DNA from: a virus
Reading direction: 5' to 3' (one strand)
Length of the DNA stretch: 64,000 bases
Virus record (IMG/VR): IMGVR_UViG_3300020463_003399
Span: 25,561 to 89,560 of that record
Position numbers and translations under genes: made by a program. Positions 29,530 through 38,712 of this stretch are shown here, in pieces (the first letter of the stretch is position 1; every line of letters starts with the position of its first letter). The notes under the pieces were generated by a model. That model saw only the letters and a list, made by a program, of their open reading frames with translations. It did not search any database and was not told the DNA's origin.

Positions 29530-30540
29530 TTCAATAAACTCTTTTAATATCTTTCTATCAACATAAGGTCTTATGTTGTGAGTTTGACTTTCTGATATCT
29601 TATAATCTATTTCTTTTATAGATAGATTTTCACATTCAAACTGTTTTATATAATGTAGAAAACTTACATAGTCAGTATCATATTTTCCATACAAATAGTC
29701 TACTTTGATATTTGGATAATCAGATAAAAATCTAAAAGGATCTATAATTTCATTATTAAGATTTAGCTTTTTAAATTTCCAACATCTTACTATATGCAAT
29801 ATTGCAGGATATATCATTGCTAACTGTTGGTCTTTTAAATGCTCTGGTCTATTATGCCATTTCATATATTGTTTAACCCAAGGAGAATGATTCCAAGAAA
29901 ATGTAGCTTGACCTCCTGTGAGAAATACATTTGTAACTATATCTTTTAAGTGATATGCAAGACTTAATGAACAAGCTACATGTTTTGAATCAGCATAGAT
30001 GACTACGTTTTTATATTCTTTTTTAATATACTCTCGTATTTGATTACAAGTTTTTTCTTGTGTATTGTTTTGTTCACTTACGCCTAACATCATTACACTA
30101 GGATATAATGATTCTGGATATCTAAATGGGTCTTCATTTACAATCAGTAAATCAGTATCTAAATTTATTATCTTATCACTTACATTTGTCAGTGGACTAG
30201 TTAATCTTCCTTCATGTCCTGCGTAACTAGTGAGTAATATAATTAGCTTATCATGTTCTTTGTTTGTCTTTTTCCAGCACATAGTAAAGTCTTTACTTAC
30301 ATTTTCAAAACGTTCTTCATCGTAAGTATGCACAATATCTTTATATGCGTCCCAACTTCCTGTATTGGCTCTACGCAGATAAGTGTCTGTTACATCTTTT
30401 TTGTATATTTTAGTATAGATATCTGTACTTGTTAAAGACTCAAGTTGTTTTATTTTGTCGTATATTAATGTTTCGTTCAAAAAGAAAAGGTCTACTTCAC
30501 TATCGAGGTCAACGTCTATACCACGTATATGTATTTTCAT
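29521..30540 (-). CDS. Hypothetical protein, possibly alpha/beta-hydrolase-like
   Basis: Coupled to the radical SAM stop (TAAATG); VVIYADSK, YLYGKYD and terminal H pattern. Confidence 0.5.
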   Translation of the reverse strand: MKIHIRGIDVDLDSEVDLFFLNETLIYDKIKQLESLTSTDIYTKIYKKDVTDTYLRRANTGSWDAYKDIVHTYDEERFENVSKDFTMCWKKTNKEHDKLIILLTSYAGHEGRLTSPLTNVSDKIINLDTDLLIVNEDPFRYPESLYPSVMMLGVSEQNNTQEKTCNQIREYIKKEYKNVVIYADSKHVACSLSLAYHLKDIVTNVFLTGGQATFSWNHSPWVKQYMKWHNRPEHLKDQQLAMIYPAILHIVRCWKFKKLNLNNEIIDPFRFLSDYPNIKVDYLYGKYDTDYVSFLHYIKQFECENLSIKEIDYKISESQTHNIRPYVDRKILKEFIESL

Positions 30541-31479
30541 TTAGTATATACCTTCGTTTTCTTTTGCATGTTCGTAGAATGGTGCAAGTTTGAAGTTTTC
30601 TGTTATTCTGCCTCTACGTTTACTTCCTGGATCTGGGATACCACCTTCGTTATCTGTGTCCCAATTAGTTATTTTTACCCATCTTCCTCTATTCAACATT
30701 TTGTTACCTTCTCTTAATGGAAATAGAATACTGTTCTGTTCATTAAACTTATTGTAGTAAGGCACCCCATGAAAACTCCATATATAGTCCTCTGATATGT
30801 TAAACTGGTCTGCACATAGTTTTACTAGTCCATTCAATTTAATGTTACCATCTTTGTCTTTTTGATATCTACCAAGTTGACCAACGTTTTTAATTCTCAT
30901 CATTATGTTTCTGATGTTTTCTTTTTCTACGAGTTCTTTTAATTTCGCAGGAGCCTCATAGTTTATTTCAGGAATAATAATTGTACCTGTATTTAAATTC
31001 ATCTTTCTATCTACAATGTTACGAAGTGCTTTTAGTTTCTTTTTAGCACAACGCATTTCATCAATTTGTTCATACCAGTCATCATTATCAACACCATTCA
31101 AACTTAAAGTCACACTACGTAATCCTGCTTGAATTAGTGAATCTAAATATTTTGCATGTGATAATCTTAGACCATTTGATACTAATGTACAACTGTGTTT
31201 TCTTCCATCGGTTCTGCCATGCTGATAAACTGCACGAATAAACTCTGCACAGTCCTTAGCCATAGTAGGCTCAGCACCGATAATACGAATAAATGCTCTA
31301 CCACCTAATCTATCCATAAAGTCTTTGAATTTATCTAAATCCATATCAGGTGGTTCTCTGTTTGGTATGTAACAATTCTTACAAGTCATGTTACATTTAT
31401 GCGTTATATCAGCACAAATATCCACAAAGGTATTATTCTCTGGTTCTGTAATTTCATAATTAAAGAGTTTTATGCTCAT
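30541..31479 (-). CDS. Radical SAM enzyme (MoaA/PqqE-like core, no SPASM domain)
   Basis: CNMTCKNC, IGAEPT, SNGLRL, SLNG. Confidence 0.88.
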   Translation of the reverse strand: MSIKLFNYEITEPENNTFVDICADITHKCNMTCKNCYIPNREPPDMDLDKFKDFMDRLGGRAFIRIIGAEPTMAKDCAEFIRAVYQHGRTDGRKHSCTLVSNGLRLSHAKYLDSLIQAGLRSVTLSLNGVDNDDWYEQIDEMRCAKKKLKALRNIVDRKMNLNTGTIIIPEINYEAPAKLKELVEKENIRNIMMRIKNVGQLGRYQKDKDGNIKLNGLVKLCADQFNISEDYIWSFHGVPYYNKFNEQNSILFPLREGNKMLNRGRWVKITNWDTDNEGGIPDPGSKRRGRITENFKLAPFYEHAKENEGIY

Positions 31480-31490
31480 TCATTCGCCTT

Positions 31491-31517
31491 AATAAATAGT
31501 GTATAGACGTATTTATC
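31491..31517. promoter_or_regulatory. Face-to-face bidirectional late promoter
   Basis: AATAAATA (+, 31491-31498) and GATAAATA (-, 31510-31517). Confidence 0.65.
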
Positions 31518-31535
31518 GTCCTAGGAGAAGCTAAA

Positions 31536-32141
31536 ATGTTAGAGCATTTATACAAATTTAACTATGATATTGATAGAGAGCAACTTGTAAAAGAGAACGA
31601 ATCAATGAGTGCAAGTGGCGATACTTCTTTACTTACAGTGAATACAGAACTAATAGAAAAAGTAAATGCAGGCAGAGAAACAGGAGAAGACATATTTCCG
31701 ACATATCATGATTTGAAAGATAAAGAGCAATGGGATAATATGGATACTCTAAAAATAAGAATGTTCGATGAATATAAATTTCAAAATGATTGTCCTGAGA
31801 TGAAAAGATTAACAATAGATTTTGGTAATATAATAGGAAGCAAAGATATAACTCCTTTCTTTGTACATCAAGAAAAAGATTCAGACTTTCCATTTCATAT
31901 AGATATGGGGTTTCAATGTGCTATAAATGTTATAGTAAAAGGTGGGGATACACCAATACTTTTTAGAGATAATGACGAAATACATGAGTATCATTACGAG
32001 AATGCTCTGCTAAATATATGTAATATTTTTCATAGTGTGCCTGTACAACAAGACACAAATCGCATGTTATTAAAATTTAGAATTAAAGATGTATCATATG
32101 AAGATGCATCAAAAAGAATGATGGAGCATTTTGGTGAGTAA
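31536..32141 (+). CDS. 2OG-Fe(II)/cupin-like oxygenase, paralog 1
   Basis: FPFHID (HxD), distal HSV, RMLLK. Confidence 0.55.
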   Translation: MLEHLYKFNYDIDREQLVKENESMSASGDTSLLTVNTELIEKVNAGRETGEDIFPTYHDLKDKEQWDNMDTLKIRMFDEYKFQNDCPEMKRLTIDFGNIIGSKDITPFFVHQEKDSDFPFHIDMGFQCAINVIVKGGDTPILFRDNDEIHEYHYENALLNICNIFHSVPVQQDTNRMLLKFRIKDVSYEDASKRMMEHFGE

Positions 32142-32700
32142 TTCGATACAAGATATAGACTTTACAATAAACAAAGAAATGCTAATCGAAGAAAGTAAAG
32201 TTTGTGATTACGTACCTATCAATCGTGTAACTCTGAGGCGTGTAAAGATGGGAAGTTATGCAGAAACAAAAGGTAAGAAGTTTTCTGATTTTCTAAATGA
32301 AGAAGACAAAGATTGGTGGTTAAAGCAAAATACATGGCAATCTAGTATGAATGCAGATGCAGAAATGTTATTTAAAATGCCAGAAACTACAAGAATACTT
32401 GCACACTTTAAAGAGAAATTACAAACAGAAAATATTGAGGCAAACTTCTTTACTCAAAAACAAGGCACAAGTGTAAAGATGCACGTAGATGTTGGAACAC
32501 CATGTGCTATTAATTTTATTATAAAAGGCGAAGAAACGCCTATCGTATTTGAAGATGAAGGTACTTTCTTTTATAAAAATGCTTTGCTTAATGTAAGTAA
32601 AAAACATATGGTACCAGAACAAGAAACAACTGATAGAATGCTTTTCAAGTTAAGAATATTAGACTTAACTTTTGACGAAGCAAAGGAAAGGCTATGCTAA
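32131..32700 (+). CDS. 2OG-Fe(II)/cupin-like oxygenase, paralog 2
   Basis: MHVD, CAINF, NALLNV..KHMV, RMLFK; visibly homologous to 31536. Confidence 0.55.
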   Translation: MVSNSIQDIDFTINKEMLIEESKVCDYVPINRVTLRRVKMGSYAETKGKKFSDFLNEEDKDWWLKQNTWQSSMNADAEMLFKMPETTRILAHFKEKLQTENIEANFFTQKQGTSVKMHVDVGTPCAINFIIKGEETPIVFEDEGTFFYKNALLNVSKKHMVPEQETTDRMLFKLRILDLTFDEAKERLC

Positions 32701-33371
32701 ACAAAAGTCAGATATTCATATTACTACATCACATATCTTTAGCTATTGGACTTGCTATGTATGGCTTTCAGTGGCAATGGGCTATTGTAGTATTTCTATT
32801 CAGTATGTTTTGGGCATGGATAGTAGGCAATAATATAAATCACTATTACTTTGCACATGCAACATACAAAGATAGCTTAAAAAGTTATTTCTATACTTTT
32901 CTTTGTTTAACATCTGGACTAGGTTCACCTTTATCTTTTAGTGCATCACATAGACAACATCACAAATATACAGATACAGAAAAAGATCCACACTCACCTC
33001 ATCATATAGGCTGGAAACGTGTTTACTTTTTAGATTGGGCACCACAGAATATCAGTCGTGGAATAATTAGAGATTTTGTTAGAAGTAAGTTTCAAATATG
33101 GGTTCACAAACACTGGTATCAATTACACATTGGTATCGTAATTATCATTGCTCTTATAGATTTAAGACTATTGTTTTTTGGTCTTTCTCCAGGAGTTCTT
33201 TATAGTTTTCATAGTGGAAGTCTAACAAACACACTTTCTCATATAGGTGGAGAACATAGAAACGTTTGGTATCTAAGACCTTTTATTTGGTGGGGTTGGG
33301 CACATGGTGACCATCATAGTGGTAAGTTTGACAGATATAAAAGCAGTAGAGTCTATTCAGATAACTATTGA
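32694..33371 (+). CDS. Membrane fatty-acid desaturase (delta9-like)
   Basis: Three His boxes HYYFAH, HRQHH and HGDHH; DPHSP; TM helices. Confidence 0.85.
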   Translation: MLNKSQIFILLHHISLAIGLAMYGFQWQWAIVVFLFSMFWAWIVGNNINHYYFAHATYKDSLKSYFYTFLCLTSGLGSPLSFSASHRQHHKYTDTEKDPHSPHHIGWKRVYFLDWAPQNISRGIIRDFVRSKFQIWVHKHWYQLHIGIVIIIALIDLRLLFFGLSPGVLYSFHSGSLTNTLSHIGGEHRNVWYLRPFIWWGWAHGDHHSGKFDRYKSSRVYSDNY

Positions 33372-33396
33372 CAATCAATATTAAAAAATGTATAAT
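33368..33396 (+). promoter_or_regulatory. Consensus sigma70 promoter
   Basis: TTGACA-N17-TATAAT. Confidence 0.8.
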
Positions 33397-33421
33397 ACAT
33401 ATATAATACGGAGTTGAAGCC

Positions 33422-33730
33422 ATGGCTGAAATGTTGAAACATTCAAATGTCAAAGAAAGATTAAAAAGACTTAGAGAAATAAGCGGTAAGGTAGAACATC
33501 TTAGAAGATTTCACAGTGACTTTGAAAACAAAGAATTTTTAAAATGGACACCAATAACTCATGAGGATATCAATTATGATAGACTTATTTTGTTTCAAAA
33601 AGCAGGATATGTTACTCAGTTAGTCGATTGGTGCAATACACATTGTCAAGACTATTATGTTGCGTATCAAGGAAAATTCTACTTTAAGAATGAAAATGAT
33701 GCCGCATACTTTACAATGTACTGGAAATAG
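33422..33730 (+). CDS. Hypothetical protein
   Basis: DWCNTHC...FYFKNENDAAYFTMYW. Confidence 0.6.
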   Translation: MAEMLKHSNVKERLKRLREISGKVEHLRRFHSDFENKEFLKWTPITHEDINYDRLILFQKAGYVTQLVDWCNTHCQDYYVAYQGKFYFKNENDAAYFTMYWK

Positions 33731-33744
33731 TATATAATAAAGAT

Positions 33745-34332
33745 ATGAAAGTACAAACAGATATTGATATTGATGTTGTCGATAGAGATAGTGTGCTAAC
33801 ACATTTTCGACACATAAATGCAAGTATTAAAAAAGGAAAAGAATATACAAAACATAACAGTGGTGTATATCTTCAACCTATTCCTTTTGATCCTATTTCT
33901 GAATTAGCAACTATAGAATACAAAGAGGCAGAAGAAAGAGGATATTTTAAATTAGATTTTCTCAATAATACTTTGTATGAAGGTATCAAAGATGAAAAGC
34001 ATTTAGATGAATTAATTGCAAGAGAACCTATCTGGGATTTATTGCAACACGAAGATGTGATTAAAAATCTAGTGCATGTACACAATCACTTAAATGTCTT
34101 ACAAGTAATGAAACCTAAAAGTGTTGAAGAATTAGCAGAAGTTCTAGCAGTGATTAGACCTGCTAAAAGACATTTACTTAATGAAAGTAAAGAAAAGATT
34201 AGTAGTGAAGTGTGGGTAAAACCCGATGATGGATCTTACTATTTCAAAAAAGCACATGCTATTGCATATGCATTAAGTATTGTAGTTCAGCTTAATCTAT
34301 TTTGCGAACAAGTTGAACAGAACGCCTCTTAA
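33745..34332 (+). CDS. Stand-alone minimal DNA polymerase III alpha (DnaE) core
   Basis: TDIDID, HNSGVY, GYFKLDFL, LAVIRPA, YFKKAHAIAYA. Confidence 0.8.
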   Translation: MKVQTDIDIDVVDRDSVLTHFRHINASIKKGKEYTKHNSGVYLQPIPFDPISELATIEYKEAEERGYFKLDFLNNTLYEGIKDEKHLDELIAREPIWDLLQHEDVIKNLVHVHNHLNVLQVMKPKSVEELAEVLAVIRPAKRHLLNESKEKISSEVWVKPDDGSYYFKKAHAIAYALSIVVQLNLFCEQVEQNAS

Positions 34333-34681
34333 TACGTTTCTTAATAATATTAGATAGACTTGTTTCAGGACCCCATAGTACTTGGGTGTCTTTTGAATTC
34401 ATATTAAGTATCCAATTTCTATATAAACTTATCTGACTGCCTAAGAATAAATTGATAGGCATAAGTCTATTTGATTCCCACCACCATTGTTCACCTAACT
34501 CAATGAACTTTTTTCTTAACTTAGGTGATGGTATTTCTTCAAAGTTATACATTGAAGTTATCACTTGGTCAGAATTTATTATTATACCTAGATACTCTTT
34601 ATACTCTTTCTTATTACCGTACCTGACATACGAAAAGAAAGGATAATTTTCTTGCATCCATTTGACTTTATCTTGCTCCAT
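34292..34681 (-). CDS. Hypothetical protein (start revised to MEQDK)
   Basis: GCTAAATA-N5-ATG late promoter. Confidence 0.65.
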   Translation of the reverse strand: MEQDKVKWMQENYPFFSYVRYGNKKEYKEYLGIIINSDQVITSMYNFEEIPSPKLRKKFIELGEQWWWESNRLMPINLFLGSQISLYRNWILNMNSKDTQVLWGPETSLSNIIKKRIKRRSVQLVRKID

Positions 34682-34732
34682 CGTTATATTTAGCATGGTT
34701 AGGAAAGTGGTCTCTGGGAGATAAATACATAT

Positions 34733-35533
34733 ATGATAAACGTCAATATGTATCAGTATGAAAGAGATATTGAAATTGCTTGTTTAGATGGTGACAATAC
34801 AAGCACTATGACAAACTACCTGGGGAATATGCCAATGTACGATGTAACACACAAACTTCATAAGGGTATTGATAATACTCTTAGATTTAAATTAAAAGAT
34901 ACAGATAGAAAACCTATCGATTTAACTAACAAAACTATTATATGGAAAATGTATGATAGGGAATCAAGAGAAAATGTACTATTCAAATACCTTACTGTCA
35001 CCAACGGAACCAAAGGTATGGCATCTTTAGTAGTTCCAACAACTGATACAATCATGCTTTCTCAGGGCTTTTATCAATTTGCAATGTATACAGTAGAAAA
35101 TGGTGTAGAACAAATCATCTATACAGACACAAATGACAACGCAAAGGGATCGATTGAATTAATTGACGATGTTTATCCAGAATTCGAACCATCACAAGAG
35201 TCAACTTCATTCTTTGATGATGGTAATTACTTTATATCTACTGCTTTTGATGGCTCAGGCAAGACATCAAAATCAAAATCAATACATACTTTAGCATTAT
35301 ACTTTGATGGTTTTACAGGTACAGTAGAAATACAAGGTGATTTAAGTGAACAACCAAGTAGTACTCATGACGATTGGTTCTTGATATCACCAAAACTATT
35401 TTCAAATCCATCGATTACTATCAATAACGAAACAGGCGTACAAGCATTTGTACTTGAAGCAAACGTAAATTGGATAAGAGTTCGATATACTGCGACAGCC
35501 GGAACAATTAAAAAAGTACTTTTAAGAAACTAA
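34733..35533 (+). CDS. Virion structural protein, BppU/Ig-like beta domains
   Basis: Late promoter; KPIDLT, GFYQFAM, WIRVRY. Confidence 0.5.
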   Translation: MINVNMYQYERDIEIACLDGDNTSTMTNYLGNMPMYDVTHKLHKGIDNTLRFKLKDTDRKPIDLTNKTIIWKMYDRESRENVLFKYLTVTNGTKGMASLVVPTTDTIMLSQGFYQFAMYTVENGVEQIIYTDTNDNAKGSIELIDDVYPEFEPSQESTSFFDDGNYFISTAFDGSGKTSKSKSIHTLALYFDGFTGTVEIQGDLSEQPSSTHDDWFLISPKLFSNPSITINNETGVQAFVLEANVNWIRVRYTATAGTIKKVLLRN

Positions 35534-35573
35534 TTCGCTTGACTTCCTGGTCCTAGTTTGCTATTATACTAGT

Positions 35574-36575
35574 ATGGACCTTCAGCAAAAAATATATCAG
35601 CATATACCTGGTAAGAATAGACAATCAAGTGGTGGTTGGCTTAGTTTCAACTGCCCTTGTTGTGTCGAGGAAGGCGAATCTCGACTAGATAATAGAATGC
35701 GTGGGGGTGTTCGAAGTGACGGTGACTCCATATCATACCACTGTTTTAACTGTGGATTCACTGCAAGTCATCGAAATGGCAGAATACTTAACAAGAAGTT
35801 TATAAAACTCATGCGTAATCTTAACATTTCTGAAAGTGATATAAAACGTTTACAGTTGGAAGCTATCCGTCAGAAAGAGTTATCTGAAGGTCCATACCTT
35901 TTTGCAAACAAAGTAAAGCAAATAAGAATACCAAAGTTTCAAGAAACTGAGTTGCCAGAAAACTCAGAAAAATTAGAAGTTCTTTTAGCACAAGACAATC
36001 CTTCAGAAGGTGCCATCTTTGCAGTTAAGTATTTGATTGATAGAGGTGTCTATGACCACATAGATAATGTCTATTGGTCTTCACATATGAATTTCAAAAA
36101 CAGAGTTATATTTCCGTTTATTCAAGGAGATGATATAGTTGGTTACACTGCACGTGATATAACTGGCAAGTCTTCTTCAAAATATATTACAAAATCTCCT
36201 AAAGCATTTTTGCACAACACAGACAAAATAAAAAGCAAGACTAAATATCTTATAGTATGTGAAGGCATTATAGATGCGTTAGCATTAGATTGTGTGGCTA
36301 TCACAAGTAACGAAGCCTCACAAGACCAAATTGATTATATCAATCAGTTTAGAGGCGAAGTGATTGTTTGTCCTGATAGGGATAAAGCAGGAGAGAAACT
36401 AATCAAACAAGCCCAGGAAAATGGCTGGAGTGTATCTTTTCCTATGTGGGAAGATGATATCAAAGATGCCGCTGATGCAATACAACGATATGGAAAGTTG
36501 TATACTTTAAAGAGTATCATAGATGCACGTATTAGCAACAACACTAAAATAAGTGTGAAAATGAGAATAGGATAA
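35574..36575 (+). CDS. DNA primase (Zn finger + TOPRIM)
   Basis: CPCC...HCFNCG, CEGIIDAL, PDRDKAG, KDAAD. Confidence 0.88.
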   Translation: MDLQQKIYQHIPGKNRQSSGGWLSFNCPCCVEEGESRLDNRMRGGVRSDGDSISYHCFNCGFTASHRNGRILNKKFIKLMRNLNISESDIKRLQLEAIRQKELSEGPYLFANKVKQIRIPKFQETELPENSEKLEVLLAQDNPSEGAIFAVKYLIDRGVYDHIDNVYWSSHMNFKNRVIFPFIQGDDIVGYTARDITGKSSSKYITKSPKAFLHNTDKIKSKTKYLIVCEGIIDALALDCVAITSNEASQDQIDYINQFRGEVIVCPDRDKAGEKLIKQAQENGWSVSFPMWEDDIKDAADAIQRYGKLYTLKSIIDARISNNTKISVKMRIG

Positions 36576-36578
36576 AAA

Positions 36579-37217
36579 ATGAAAAAGAAAATGACGATTA
36601 TTCCAGAGCCAAAAGAACAACCAAAACCAACTCCACCACCTCCAATGCCTCAACCGCCTGCTCCTCCAAAACTACCGGGAGAATACAGTAAAGACAATGG
36701 TGTTCTGTTTATGGACAAAGAGTTTAATCAAGAAAACTGCATGCCTTTGGTAAAAATGATTATTGAATATAATCTTATGCCAAAAGATAAAGCACCAAAT
36801 ACAATTCATCTGTATATTAATTCTCCAGGAGGGTTAGTAGATAGTTGTATGCATTTAATCGATACAATCAAGCAATCAAGAATTCCAGTTCATACATATG
36901 GTATGGGATCAATCGCTAGTTGTGGCGTCATGCTTATGATGTCTGGTGTAAAAGGTCATAGATATCTTACACACAATACTGCGGTCATGTCACACGAATT
37001 CAGTGGTGGGCAAAAAGGTCAGTATCATGATATGCTAGATAGTAAAAAGCATATGGATTGGACTAACGAAAAGCTATTAGAACATTATATCAAATGTACA
37101 GGTAAAACAAAAACTTACATTCGTAAGCATTTACTAGCACCAAAGACGGATCATTGGTTAACACCAGAAGAAGCGGTCAAACATGGTATCGCTGATAAAG
37201 TAATTAAGACTTATTAG
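36579..37217 (+). CDS. clpP: ClpP protease with Pro-rich N-terminus
   Basis: YINSPGG, ASCG (Ser), MSH (His), DHWLTPEEA (Asp). Confidence 0.88.
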   Translation: MKKKMTIIPEPKEQPKPTPPPPMPQPPAPPKLPGEYSKDNGVLFMDKEFNQENCMPLVKMIIEYNLMPKDKAPNTIHLYINSPGGLVDSCMHLIDTIKQSRIPVHTYGMGSIASCGVMLMMSGVKGHRYLTHNTAVMSHEFSGGQKGQYHDMLDSKKHMDWTNEKLLEHYIKCTGKTKTYIRKHLLAPKTDHWLTPEEAVKHGIADKVIKTY

Positions 37218-37237
37218 ACCTTTTTTCAAATTTATCA

Positions 37238-37266
37238 TTGACAATCGACAATAAATTTGCTATTCT
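37238..37266 (+). promoter_or_regulatory. Sigma70 promoter of prs-psiE-proX-proW
   Basis: TTGACA-N17-TATTCT. Confidence 0.7.
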
Positions 37267-37300
37267 AGTAGTATTAAACTAGTTCAGAGGTGTAAAGTGT

Positions 37301-38269
37301 ATGAAAATTATATCTGGTAACAGTAATAGAGAATTGGCTCAATCTATTGCTGAACATTGTTTCAGTGATTTAGTGCCGGCTAACATTACTACATTCGCAG
37401 ATGGCGAGTGTAACATAGAATTTCAAGAAAACATTAGAGGTGAAGATGTTTTTATAATTCAAAGTACAAGTAGTCCAGTAAATGATAATCTAATGGAACT
37501 TATGATTATGATTGATGCGGCAAAACGTAGTTCAGCAAAAAGAATTACGGCAGTTATTCCTTACTTTGGATATGCAAGACAAGACAGAAAGAGTGCATCA
37601 CGTACTCCTATCTCTGCAAAACTTGTCGCTAACTTAATTACTAAAGCAGGTGCTGATAGAATTTTAACTATGGACTTACATGCTGGTCAAATTCAGGGCT
37701 TCTTTGATATTCCCGTAGATGATTTAACGAGCAGGTTGGTCTTTGTCAAAGATATCAAAAAGACTATTGGTGTCATTGACGATCCAGCAGTAAATCAAGT
37801 AGAAACAGTATTCGTTTCACCAGATGCTGGTGGTACAGTAAGAGCAAGAAAATTTGCTGATATGTTTCATGCCAATTATGCTATCGTTGACAAACGTAGA
37901 CCTGAGGCAGGAAAAAGCGAAGTAATGAATCTTATAGGTGATGTTAAAGGAAAACATGCAATTCTTGTAGATGATATAATTGATAGTGGTGGAACTTTAT
38001 GTAATGCCGCCAAAGCAATTATGGATCAAGGTGCAATGAGTGTTAGAGCATATATTACACATGGTGTTTTAACAAATGGTGCTTGTAAGAAAATTGAAAA
38101 GAGTGTGTTGGATGAATGCATTATCACAGACAGTATAAAATTTAATTGTCCTGATGGTTGCAAAAAGACACGTGTAGTTAGTGTATGTAGTTTATTTGGC
38201 GAAGCTATACGTAGAGTAAGTAATGAGGAAAGTGTAAGTAGTTTGTTTACACATAAAGTTCCTAATTAA
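37301..38269 (+). CDS. prs: Ribose-phosphate pyrophosphokinase
   Basis: [44 protein letters not shown]. Confidence 0.95.
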   Translation: MKIISGNSNRELAQSIAEHCFSDLVPANITTFADGECNIEFQENIRGEDVFIIQSTSSPVNDNLMELMIMIDAAKRSSAKRITAVIPYFGYARQDRKSASRTPISAKLVANLITKAGADRILTMDLHAGQIQGFFDIPVDDLTSRLVFVKDIKKTIGVIDDPAVNQVETVFVSPDAGGTVRARKFADMFHANYAIVDKRRPEAGKSEVMNLIGDVKGKHAILVDDIIDSGGTLCNAAKAIMDQGAMSVRAYITHGVLTNGACKKIEKSVLDECIITDSIKFNCPDGCKKTRVVSVCSLFGEAIRRVSNEESVSSLFTHKVPN

Positions 38270-38283
38270 TAGTAAGGGGTAAA

Positions 38284-38712
38284 ATGATTAGAGAGACAGA
38301 TTGGTCTAAGAAATTACATTGGACAACAACAGTAAGTGAAAAATTATTATTAGGTGTCGTAGGTACACTAACGATGGTTGCGGCTGGGTTAGACATTTAC
38401 GATATGATAATAGTAAAATTCAAAATTGAACTAGCAGATTTATTTCTGTTATTCATCTATGCAGAGATAGTTGGTATGGTAGGTGCCTTTTACGCAAGTA
38501 ATAGAATACCTGTCACGTTACCAATTATAATTGCAATAACGGCTTTATGTAGATTGATTGTTCTACACAGTAAAGAAGCCGAACCTCTCGTACTTGTTGC
38601 AGAGGCTGGTGCTATTTTAGTATTAGCTGGTGCGGCATATATGATGAGTCTTAAAGATAAACTAAGTCTAGAAAAAGCAGACTTACGAAAAAAGCAAAAG
38701 GTAAAACAATGA
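38284..38712 (+). CDS. psiE: Phosphate-starvation-inducible PsiE family membrane protein
   Basis: DLFLLFIYAEIVGMV, RIPVTLPIIIAITALCR; 4 TM helices. Confidence 0.85.
   Translation: MIRETDWSKKLHWTTTVSEKLLLGVVGTLTMVAAGLDIYDMIIVKFKIELADLFLLFIYAEIVGMVGAFYASNRIPVTLPIIIAITALCRLIVLHSKEAEPLVLVAEAGAILVLAGAAYMMSLKDKLSLEKADLRKKQKVKQ

Noticed and set aside
30541-31479. QueE or MoaA assignment
   Set aside because: Lacks the QueE FVR..GCNL.C..CD context and the MoaA C-terminal Cys cluster and GG end
37225-37266. Pho box upstream of prs-psiE
   Set aside because: No convincing CTGTCAT-N4 tandem repeat
37301-38269. NAD reconstitution (NARP1 Adps-Namat) system
   Set aside because: Prs looks canonical and there is no adjacent NAMPT-like gene
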